Source: Eledone cirrhosa (lineage: Eukaryota). Taken from it: DNA of 64,000 nucleotides. Shown here in pieces: positions 52,823-64,000 of this stretch. Location: contig OZ024740.1 in NCBI GenBank assembly GCA_964016885.1, forward strand, positions 125,054,001-125,118,000. Direction: 5' to 3'. A model generated the notes under the pieces. The model was not told the origin of the DNA and searched no databases. It was given only the letters and a program-made list of their open reading frames with translations. The translations under genes were made by a program, and so were the position numbers. Each line of letters starts with the position of its first letter. Positions within the stretch are counted from its first letter, which is position 1.

Positions 52823-54765
52823 ATATATATATATATATATGTCCCATCAACACTATAAACACAGAGCTGGCATATCTAAGTACTGACTAACTGCCTAATG
52901 AGGTCAAAGCCATTCAATGGCTATCATCGAAAAATATATAGCAGTAAATAAAGGATTATGAGTTCATGCAATTGACTTATGTTTCGTCACTATATATATA
53001 TATATATGTATATACATATATAACATATATATATATAGTAACGATAGTGAATAAGAGAAAGACAAGTGAAAATAATAATGTGAAGTCATAAAATATGTTT
53101 GTAATAAAATGCCACCATGGTATATGTATGATTTATGCAAAGATACAGCAATTCCTCCTGTCTATTGTTCACCTCCTTCCTTGCCACATGTACAACTCTC
53201 AACTATACTACAATGGCAAACAAAATGAACTAATGAGAGAGTTACTACACTATGTTGTGGCTTAATCTGCTAAAAACACCAACCAAATCTCGCTCAATGT
53301 AGTTCATGATGTTGTAAATGGCATGTAGTCATAGATTGAATGCTTTGACCATATATCTGTTTGATTTAGAGCAGATTTAGTGTTAAACATAAACAATGAC
53401 AATGAAAGTAGACATAGCAACCAATGTTTAGAATCTAATTTTCATTATATGGCTTATTAAAAATATTATCAAACTTCTTTTGATTTCAGAATATAAAAAT
53501 AATAAGACACATACAAAACATTAAACACATATATATATATCCACATACACATTCAATAACAAAAAGCAGGCAGCTTAATTTATACAGATACAAATATAAA
53601 ACTCACATATAGATCAAACTCAATGCATATGATATACAAACACCCATTCATTCAAAGTGACACAAACACTCTGAAACAAAGTCACAGTTGAATCACATAA
53701 TCATAGATGTATTCCTTGAAAGATTGAAACTCACAAACTATACACAGATAAACATACACAATGAAACAAACAGTTAAATTACATATGCATACAAACACTC
53801 TTAAACTCATTGACTACACACACAAACACTTACTCTGAAAAACACAGTTATATCACATATGAATATACATTTATTGAATCTCACAGACTAATCACATGTT
53901 TAAATGCATACAAACTCTCTCTCTCTTTCTCTCTCCTACTCCCCCTCTCTTTCACTTACACACATGTAAAGAAATTGAAATACATTCCAATAAACACATA
54001 TTCAAACCGACAGATGGCTAGACTAGATACACCTGCGCATTTTTAGACATTCAATATTTGTTGAAATAACTTGAGTAAGCACTGGGGTTTTTGTACAAGC
54101 TTTAAGAAAGACAGTCTTATCAAGATATTTCAGATGCTGCTGTTGCTTGTTTTTTAACCCTTTCATAACCACATTTCTCATAAAATAAATTGAATATGTT
54201 TCAATTATTTTTTTTAAATAATCAATAATTTGGAAGGTTTTATTAAGATAATGTTTCCATTGATTTGGTGTTTAGAACATTAAAAAATTCTTATATAAAT
54301 TTATGATGGGAGTTTTTAATTTAAGTATGAGGACATTAAAATGGAGAATTTTATCAATGAATCAGAGCTAGTTTCAAGTGGACTTGTATCAAAAATGCTA
54401 ATATAACCGTGTAGATCCTTGGGCAAGGGTCTTCTACAATAATCTCAACTGACCATTGCCATAGAGCTTTGTCGACAAAATCTCTCGATAATGTATCCGT
54501 GTGCATGTGCATATCCATATGTAGATAGACAGGATGATTTACTGGAAGAATAGACAGGAAGGATTTATGCATGTGTGTGTGTGTGTGTGTCCTTAACTCT
54601 GGATTAGTCTTTACGTTGACACAAGTTAGGCAGCTGGTTACATGTTCTTATATCCTACAGCACAGCAGTTTGACATGTGAAAGTCGGTGGAATTCTTCCT
54701 TAAAAAAGAATTTCGGCAACAAGAAAAGCACCCATTCCATGACAGAAAAAGAAAGCAGATGTAGA

Positions 54766-54919
54766 AATAATTGTTTCTACTTTTGGCACAATGCCAGCAA
54801 TTATCTCAGTTCATTACTGGTACTTTATTTTATCGACCCCATAAGGATGAAAGGAAAAGTTAACCTCGGCGGGATTTGAACTCAGAATGGCAAGGGCCGT
54901 AACTCTATGCGTCAAAGCA
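54766..54919 (-). mobile_element. SINE family A, 5'-truncated
   Basis: aataattgtttctacttttggcac...gggccgtaactctatgcgtcaaagc. Confidence 0.9.
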
Positions 54920-54929
54920 AACACTCCTT

Positions 54930-55420
54930 CCAGTGGGTTATCTTAGAAACAACCATCTCTTACTGATCTAGTTGGATCACTAAGCAAGACTAGCCAAGCT
55001 TATGGATTTTATTCCAACCAACTTGCTAGGGGTCTACCCCTGGGTCTCCTGCCAGCTGGTTATGCCCATAAAAATCTGTCCAGTGATTCTTTCCTGAGAC
55101 ATTCTAATCACATGCCCATAGTACTGGATCTTGATCTCTTAATTTAGAGAAGTGGCTAAATCTGGGACAACTCACTGATCTCCAAGCTACGCATTCAATA
55201 GAGTAACATTACTCCAAAAAACCTTTGGAGAAACCCCATTTCGACCGCTTGTATTTGTGATCATATTCTTTTGGTCATTACTGAAGATTCATAACCATAG
55301 AAAAGGGTTAGCCTGAATACCAGTTTGAAGATAGGGAGTTTGGCTTTTGCACCTACCTCCCTTCTTCTAACTAATTACCAAATGCTGAAGCTGGCACACT
55401 GAGCAGGCTTGCATGAGCGG
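54930..55420 (-). mobile_element. Old RTE-like LINE 3' fragment of a different family
   Basis: Minus strand LWL*IFSNDQK...RSQIQAVEMGFLQ...YYGHVIRM...RRPRGRP. Confidence 0.65.
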
Positions 55421-56189
55421 ATGAGTGTCTCCATTTTGCAGCACTGATTTTCATTCCAGCCATGCAGTACTGGGCATCAAACCTATCAAGTGCAAGAGTA
55501 CAAATGCATGTTCAAACCAACTGAATGGCAAGACATTCACACATGTACACATACACACACTAAAAAAACAAATGTACATATCACACAAGAGCAAATTGAC
55601 AGATATACAAGATAAAGGCAGACATATAAAAAATATAATTGAGCTACATTAAGTTTGTATGGTTACATTTACTGATTAATATATTTTCAAAAATGTTTAT
55701 GAATTGAAATTTACTCTTGGCTAGAATATGAAAACAAAAATCTACAGGATTAGTGTGGAGATAATCTTACTAAAATGTGAATGAATTTTTAAAAATTATT
55801 TTTTTATGCTAAAATTCATTGCTATCATTGCTCCCACTAACAAAGATCAGATTTCACTGTCCCTTCTAACAACGATTACCTTCTTCCTTAAGCATAATAA
55901 TTAAGTTTTTCTTATGAATTATTGACTTATTGAAATCATTTCCCCTATTCTATGTAGATTTCATTGCAGTTGTGAAGAGGCTCCTTCTTGAAACTCCTTA
56001 TTTTGATCCAGAACATTCAGGATGTCACAGCTGGAAAGAGAGAGGGTGGCACCAGCACTGGGTTGCTGCTTTCTTTATTGACCCCCGAAGGATAAAAAAA
56101 GGCAAAGTAAATCTCAGAATTTAGATCACATACAGCTAGAATAAATATTCAATGCTCTAATCCTTTAAATATGTCTCAGCCCAGAGACT

Positions 56190-56442
56190 CACCAAGCTAA
56201 TGCCTATCCTTGTTTCTGTGGTATTAAGCGACATATTATAAGACTTCCCTGGACAGGATGCCACTCTATCGTAGGGTTAAAGCCCCAATTATTGCTAGTA
56301 CCCATTTTCAGCTGAATATGCTAGAGCAAGGTGAAATGAAATGTTTTGCTTAAGAACACAAATCACAATCCAGTCAAGGAATTGAACCCAAGACATTATG
56401 ATCGTAAGTCCAACACATTTATCACAAGTGCATGTGCCACCA
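56190..56442 (-). mobile_element. Old tRNA-derived CORE-type SINE
   Basis: Minus strand gggttcaattcc B-box, CORE-like tgtgttcttaagcaaaacatttcatttcacc...ttcagctgaaaatggg, then ccctacgatagagtggcatcctgtccaggg. Confidence 0.65.
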
Positions 56443-57267
56443 CAATGCTCTAATGACTCTGACAAATCAACACTTCCAATTAATATCAATATGGGGCTAA
56501 GCAACAACAATAACCTGTTTTATTGTTTAGCTATGTTGTACAGCAGCAAATGGTTGTTTCAAATGTCTGTAGTAATACCAAATCTTGAGACCTGTGAACT
56601 TATGTCAGATTTACTTAATTAATGAATTTGACGTCTTAATTATTTACATTTTATAACTTAAATATTTCTATTTCGGTTATACATTTTTTCTTTCTGACAG
56701 CTGTCAACATTTATTTTGACAGTTTCATACACCCAGTAAGTTAGCTGTACAATATCTTATCAATTTGTCTCCATAGCCATCATTTGTAAATACTGAAGTG
56801 CTCAATAAAATGATGTCAAACATTACAACAAATACACTCCTTTTTTGCTATTTTGTATGTGTGTGTCTGTGTGTGTGTTTACATTTGTGTATTGGAGGAT
56901 ATTTATTTTCTCTATTTACAAATTGAATATTATATTTTAAAATTATTTTAATATAAAGTTCTCAAAAGCAATTTAATAATTAATCATATATATATATATA
57001 TATATCATAGTATAGTATATATATATAATATTATTGTTCATTGAAGTGAATACAGTATTAGCTAATTGAAGTCTTCAGTTATGAGGGGGTTATTTCCACA
57101 TTTTTGAGATTTCATCATGTGGTAATAATTTAATGAATTCTCTATTTCATCCCAATTTACAAATTAGAAATTTTTCTCAAAAATTCGAACAAAAATGACA
57201 TCTCATAGATTGTAAGCAAAATAATAAACAAAAATAACACAGAATCAGTGAAGAATTGTATATATAT

Positions 57268-58876
57268 ATCATCATCATCATCATCATCAACGTTTAACGT
57301 CCGTGTTCCACGCTTGCATGGGTTTGGATGGGGGTTTTCCCACTTGAGGCAAGAGTGATTGTCTTGCTCGCATAGGACTGTCTGGCGGGTTTTCTACAGC
57401 TGGATGCCCTTCCTAACACCAACCACATTTACAGTGTGGGGCTGGGAGGTTTTTACCGTGTTGCCTACACGGCCACATTACAGCGTGGACTGTGTGTTTT
57501 TTGTCGTGACACCTACACGATCTCATTTGTTTCGGTCTGGATGTTGGGGCACAACATAACTTTACATTGAAAGGGGCGGTGTGGATGGGGTGGGGGTGGT
57601 GGGACGGGGGTGTATTTTGTTAGAGATGCCTACTGACTGTAGTAGGTTTTACTTTGTATTTAGGTAAGGCGGGTCTTCTCTATTACTGAGTACCGCCAAA
57701 GGTCTCGGTCCAGTGACATTGTCTTGGAGAGGTGTAAGTGTGTGAGGTCAGAATTTATCAGCTCGTCCCAGGTTTTTCTGGGTCTGCCTACTCCGTAGCT
57801 ACCGTCTATCTTTATTGCCCTGCACTTTGTTATACAGCTGTCGTCTTTCATGCGCATCACGTGACCATACCAACGTAGCCTTCTCTCGAGTAAACAACAT
57901 CTGATCCCTCTTATTTCTAATTTTTTCCTTAGTTCGCTTATGCTTTGCCGTTCACGTATGTTACTATTACACATCCAGCGGAGCATGCAAGCTTCGTTCC
58001 TCTCTAGTCTGCGTATATCCTCTGCACACAATGCCCAGGTCTCACTGCCATGCAACATTGCTGTTCGTATGCAGGCATCATACAACCTGCCTTTCATTTT
58101 TAGGGAGAACCCTTTAGTGGCTAATAGTGGTATAAGCTCTCTGAACTTTTTCCATCTAGTTCTAACTCTAGCTACTGTACTTTCAGAGCACCCTCCCCCA
58201 CTGCTGATTTTATCACCCAGGTAACGGAAGCTGTCCACTATTTCTATAGAACCCTCTGCGCAATTGAAAGAGCTAGTATTTGTGGGCACTTGCTGCTACT
58301 TATTGCACCAGAGCACCGGCCACATGTAAAATCTATGTTCTTAGTTAGCTTACCTGTGATCCCACTACATCTTTTATGCACCCATACTTTGCATTTGGGA
58401 CATAAAGTGGAGTTTCTACCTACACCTTTCCTACACACTGAGCATGGCCATTTCCCGGAAGGGACCGTCACCTTATTTTCTTTCCTACAAACTAGAACTT
58501 TAGTCTTAGCCAGGTTAATTTTAAGGCCTTTTGATTCTAGGCCGTGCTTCCATGTTTGGAATTTCTTCTCTAGCTCAGCCATTGATTCAGCTATGAGCGT
58601 TAGATCATCTGTGTATAGGAGTTCCCATGGGCAGCTGGTCTTGAACTCCACTGTTATAGCCTGAAGAGCAATAATAAATAGTAGGGGGCTAAGAACACCA
58701 ACTTTTACACTAAACTCTTCACTATATTCGTTGTTAATTCTAACCTTGCTGACTGTTTCTTTATACATGGCTTGTATAGCTCTCACAAGCCATTCGTCAA
58801 CACCTAGTTTTCTAAGAGCTCACCAGATAATGGAACGGGAGACTCTGTCGAAGGCTTTCTCCAAGTCAACAAAAGC

Positions 58877-58877
<1 letters not shown>
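57268..58877 (-). mobile_element. RTE LINE family 2, 5'-truncated
   Basis: FVDLEKAFD, LLYTDD, PHD finger, FRYLG, LRWYGHV, 3' UTR and (GAT)n tail. Confidence 0.95.
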
Positions 58878-58911
<34 letters not shown>

Positions 58912-60401
58912 ATATATATATATGTATACAATGTCTGTGTGTGTGTATAGATATATATATATACAATGTATATGTGTGAGTGTGTGTGTATATATATATA
59001 TATATTTAAATGGGTGTGTATGTGCGTTTGAAAAGTGTCACAAAAGTTTGTCTGAACAATTTCAGAATAATTGCCATTATTTGGAAATTATAACTAAGGA
59101 ATAGAGGTTGCTACGATATTGGTAATTTAGTTGATATTGCTGATAGTTAACTGTATTTATTTTTTGGAATCTCACACTCTCTCTCTATCCCTCTCTGTCT
59201 CTCTGTCTCTCTCTCTCACACACACACAAACACACACACAGAGTTTAAGGTATCTGCCCCTGCTTTCTAATACTCTAAATTCTAATGAAATGGTTGCATC
59301 AACAGGGAAAATGTGTACATCTCTCTGTCTCTCATCCTCTCAATTATGTTTCCAGCCATTTCAACTAGTATTGCTCATATTGACTATTAACCAGAACTTT
59401 ATTTGGTTACCCTTAAATTACCCTATCCGAATTCTTACTGGCAGCAATTAAGTCTGCTTGCTTCATAGATTTTGACCTTTTGTTGACAAAAACTTCACAC
59501 TAAAACCCATATATCGAAAAATCGACAGAAACAAAATCTCTAGCAATAAACTAACATTTGGGAAACATTTTGATTTTTAGACTTCTTTTAGTTTTGTTAT
59601 CTTTCATTTTCTTCAGTTCCCAATCTTGTTTATTTATTATGCGTATGATGCTCTTTAAAAAATCAAATTTTTTTTCATTTCAATGAACCGAAACATAATC
59701 TAACAAAACTCAGGCCTAGTGACGGATGGAAAATTACCATTTATAAATAGTCACAAAGAAACATTTGCTAATTGCCATCTGAAATTCTATACACATTCAG
59801 CAAGAAATTAGATTTATCAGTTAGGGAATGGCAAGTGATATTTATTCATTGATTTTGTGAGCATTTTTCACTTGAACAAGAGATTTCAAAAGCAGTTATA
59901 ATTGTCAGTATGGCCATTACTCCGAGTTATGGCATGGAATGGGACTATTTTGAAATTCTGATTCCTATTCTGTTTCAGAGGGGTACTGTTATTCTTTGAT
60001 TGTGAGAAAAGGATGAATCTCTCAAAGAGTTAGGAACAGAGGTTTGGCTATTGTGTGTGATTATTTGTGCATAAAATTGGATGGGTACAAAGAAGATATA
60101 TGTTTCTTTTGAGGGGGTTTTGAACTTGGTTTCTGAATTGATATTCATAGATGCATTTTATTTTCACTGGTCAATCCTAAAGTGATAATGAAACTAGAAA
60201 TGTGCAATAAGCTTTGGTATTTCTCAAAGGAATTCAGTGAAAAGTCAATCTGTACCCATCACTGCCCATATTCTAGTCTTCTAACAGCCGTTCAAAATAT
60301 TAGAGATGTTTCTTTTGAAAGCATTGTACAAATGGTATAAATAACTAATTGAAACAAACTACACCAAAAAGAAGGATGGGAAGATAACAATTTTGGAGAA
60401 A

Positions 60402-60404
<3 letters not shown>

Positions 60405-60432
<28 letters not shown>

Positions 60433-60454
60433 CATCATTATTATTATTATTATT
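60405..60454. repeat. (ATT)n microsatellite
   Basis: Seen directly. Confidence 0.95.
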
Positions 60455-62726
60455 TTAACTTTAGTTGTTATTCTTATTCATTGAAAGTATTGAAGAAAAC
60501 AAATAAAATATAGATTCTTCTCTTTGGCCTTGCCTGGAATATAAAGAAAGCATGATTCATTGAAAAAGTACACAGAATTGCTTTAGAGATTCAGTGAATG
60601 AAAGTTATGTTGAAACATTAAGAGGCAGACAAATATTGATGTATGAATACATTTAATATATATGCATGCCTAAACACTTAGCCATACATAACTACGCAAA
60701 ATTATTCACATAGATATTACATGTTAAATATTCACATATACATATATAAAAAAGCAGACTTATATACTAGAGACACACCTATAAGGAGAATAATATTCAT
60801 TACCCATAAATATCAAACTCTTGCTGCTACTTTGGGGTTTCAACTTATTGTGTGCGTTTTTTAACCTTTTGAATATCTATAAAATTTGTATCTATGTGCA
60901 CTTCATTACACAAGGGCTTAGGTGAGTACAAAACTCAAATATCTTAATAAGCATAATATAACATATCAGGCAAGTCATACATACATGTATCTGTGATATA
61001 ATTGTTGTGAAACATTAATGATGAAAAAATCTTTAAAAATAATTTTATAATTTTATCAATATGATGAAAAAGTATAACAAATTTCCACACAACGTAATAT
61101 GAACTTCCTTAACATTTATCAATGAATACATTAAATAGCAAAATATACTCAGAGTGAAATGTATCCAGAGTGATACTTAATATAACAAGTTTATTAATTC
61201 TTTTCTTGTACTGGTTACAATGCCAGATTTGAACTAACTTAAGCATGTAATTAATATGAATTTTAATAATCTTTAAAGGACAACAAAGTACATTAATCTA
61301 GTAGAATCAAAACTTGGTACATAAAGAGTCATAAGGCATGCCAGCATTACTATTGTTGCCAAATACCACTATAAGAAATACTACCACATTTTACATATTC
61401 TCATGATTTCTTCCATCAGTTGTTGGAGATCTTAGATCAGCCACTTAGAATAATCATTACAACTGTGCAAGGAAAACCACCTTGGATAAATTAAAGAGAT
61501 AACAGAATATGTCTGATTAAAACACATTTTAATTATTAAACTTTTGAGTAGCTCTTCATTTATATTATTGATGACATTTCTCTACCAAAATAAGAATGGA
61601 ATGAATGTCACTTCTTCCATATCCTCAATCTTACAGTCAGCAGAGTGTATCACACTTTGTTGAATAATGTGAAAATATACAGAAATGAAAATATTCAAGC
61701 AGAAGATGTGGACATTTGATGTTTGACGTTTATCTCACTTGTGTAAGATAAATAGATCATAAGAAGTAGTGCACAGTAAAATTATGTTTAAAAAATCTAT
61801 GATGAAAGGAAAGAGATATAATCAAGTCTTCAGGGAAATGTTCTGACTTAAACTGCTACTGTTATCTTCTCTTCTGGATTCATATTTATATATTTGTTTT
61901 GCTTTCTTTTTTAATCTGTAAACAAAAAGCAAACCGTATTTATTGCTTTAAGTCTTAGTGAGTCAGCAAAATAAGTGGTAGAGTTTCAGCTTAGTATAAT
62001 TCTAATGTTATGGGGTCTAGAATATGAGACAATGTCTGATTGTAGAGAAGGTATGATGGTGAATCTGAGATAAAGAAACATGTCTTATGAAATGAACAAG
62101 CAATATATATATTTCTAAAACACAGAAACATAACCGACTGATATGGAACCAGAATTTAGAGACATTTTGCAATATCACAACGCCAGAAATAATAAAATAA
62201 AGTGTTAGTCAATTCCTCTATCCCATTCTCTCAGAATCAGCATATAACATAAGTTCCACAAGAATATCATTAAAAGCAATTCACACTTTTAATAGTTAGA
62301 TTTGATAGGAAAAATTGAAATGCTTACATATAGACCCCATAAATTAAATGACAATTATGTTTAAAATAAAGATATTGATTGCAGACTACAAAGATTCTAA
62401 ATATTAAACAGATCTTACTGAAAATGCTTTCAGATTGAGATATTATCAACAATTGTATTCCTCCAGAATTGAACAAATAAGAAATACAACCACACTCTTG
62501 AAATAATTTGAAGTGTAAAGGACAGTAGCATTGATAATTTACAAATCAACAGACCAAACATTGAAACATCACCCTCAATGCATAAACAGTGTCTTTTCTA
62601 CATATCTAGGAAATATAAATTATTGATAATTATAGAGGAAAACTCAGAGCTGGAATCAGTTCCTTTTTGCATCCATAAGAAAAGTGCCTTTTATGAATTT
62701 TCATTCTATTAACCAGATAAATAGCA

Positions 62727-62784
62727 CAATATTCAGTTATCATTACTCATATGTCAATATTCAGTTATCATTAGTCATATGTCA
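62727..62784. repeat. 28-bp tandem duplication
   Basis: caatattcagttatcatta(c/g)tcatatgt twice. Confidence 0.85.
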
Positions 62785-64000
62785 AACTTTTACAGGGCAT
62801 ATTAGTTACCATGTCAACTTACTTTCACATAGGATTTAAATGCAAAAAGAAGAAAAAATATAGATTGTCCATAGATGGTTAATACACTAATGAACCTTTT
62901 ATTAAAAAAAATATTGCTGGAAGACTTTCATACCAGTTGAGGGCAATATTGTTGTATTTTAACACAAAGGGAAGTAACTCCGAGTGAGTCATAGTTGTAG
63001 TGTTGGCAGCAGTGATGACATTGTTGACATCTCACCACCAGCATGAATACCAATGCTAATTTTCAAAACTTAAGAAAGCATTTAGATATGAGTTTGAAAG
63101 AAGAGGCAATAGAAAGATGTTCTAGCTAGGTCCTGTCAACAAAATCTCTGAACAGTTTAAATACACAAGTCACTGATATCCAAATGGCTAACTGTCAGCA
63201 GAAGTGCCCCCAGGAGTCATGATCTGAATGTGACCAAGCCCCCTTAGAGTGTAAGAAGTGAAGGGCTTAAACATTTGCTTGAGAATGGTTTTTTTCTTTA
63301 AGACCTTCTGCTGTCCAGCCCTCCAGAAATTTTCTTACCACCAAGGAACCCACATTCAACCTTAGACATAATTGACACTTCAGAAGTTTTTGATTACCAA
63401 AGTTGTTTCATACACTATTGATAAGTGAAGAGAATGCTGGACTCTTATGATTACACATAATTCCAGTTTCAATAATTAACATAACACTATAAGACAATTT
63501 TATAATATTCAATATTACAATAATCACCCTACAGAAAAATAAATAGCATTTAATAGAAATATCAAGAAGTGAGTAATTCAGAGTATAAGTTAAAACCTAT
63601 AAATTACCAACACAAAATCAAACAAAAAATAGTATTCATTGTTTATCTTTAGAACATATCATAATCATACAAATATGCAGGCATTCAGTTTTGATCTGTT
63701 ATGATTATTTGTTGCAATTGAATCAGAGTGATGAATTGATGTTTTCAACATGTTTCCAAAATTTTGATTTCATCATTATTCTAGAAATATTATCTGAAAG
63801 AACAGCAAATCCAAAGCTTTGTACATTTTATCAGAGTTATCTTCAGTATTGGATGCAGCGGGCTTCAGATAAATTGTATGCTGAAACTTTATCATGCTCC
63901 CATGTTATAAATCAAATTATGATGTGGCAGTATAAGTGTATTTTAATCACTACCATATTTTTTAACTAAAGGATCATTTCTAAAAGGTGAACATTATTTT

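Noticed and set aside
59450-64000. Unique AT-rich tract with short ORFs (e.g. 63691-63969)
   Set aside because: No recognisable domain, repeat or convincing splice structure by eye

Overview
AT-rich, repeat-dense animal genomic DNA with no host gene I can confidently call. The SINE/LINE repertoire and long (TA)n tracts suggest an octopod cephalopod; this is inference. The centre (~10.8-53 kb) is a nested pile of retroelements, mostly inserted into (TA)n microsatellites. It includes at least two recent RTE LINE families with a PHD-type finger inside the RT, plus older RTE relics. There are three Penelope-like element (PLE) lineages (one Neptune/Nematis-like family in 4 pieces and two Naiad-like elements), one decayed full-length Ty3/Gypsy element, and two tRNA-derived SINE families. 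Most notable by eye: (1) seven distinct minimal type-I hammerhead ribozyme (HHR) motifs, including U3-A8 and U4C core variants and very long helix II inserts; (2) short non-coding units with terminal direct repeats, one starting just after an HHR cleavage site (retrozyme-like); (3) several fold-back palindromes; (4) SINEs of different subfamilies at the same homologous site in paired terminal repeats; (5) a ~6 kb inversion with a deletion at one end and a duplication at the other. All structures were read manually; no alignments or folding programs were run.
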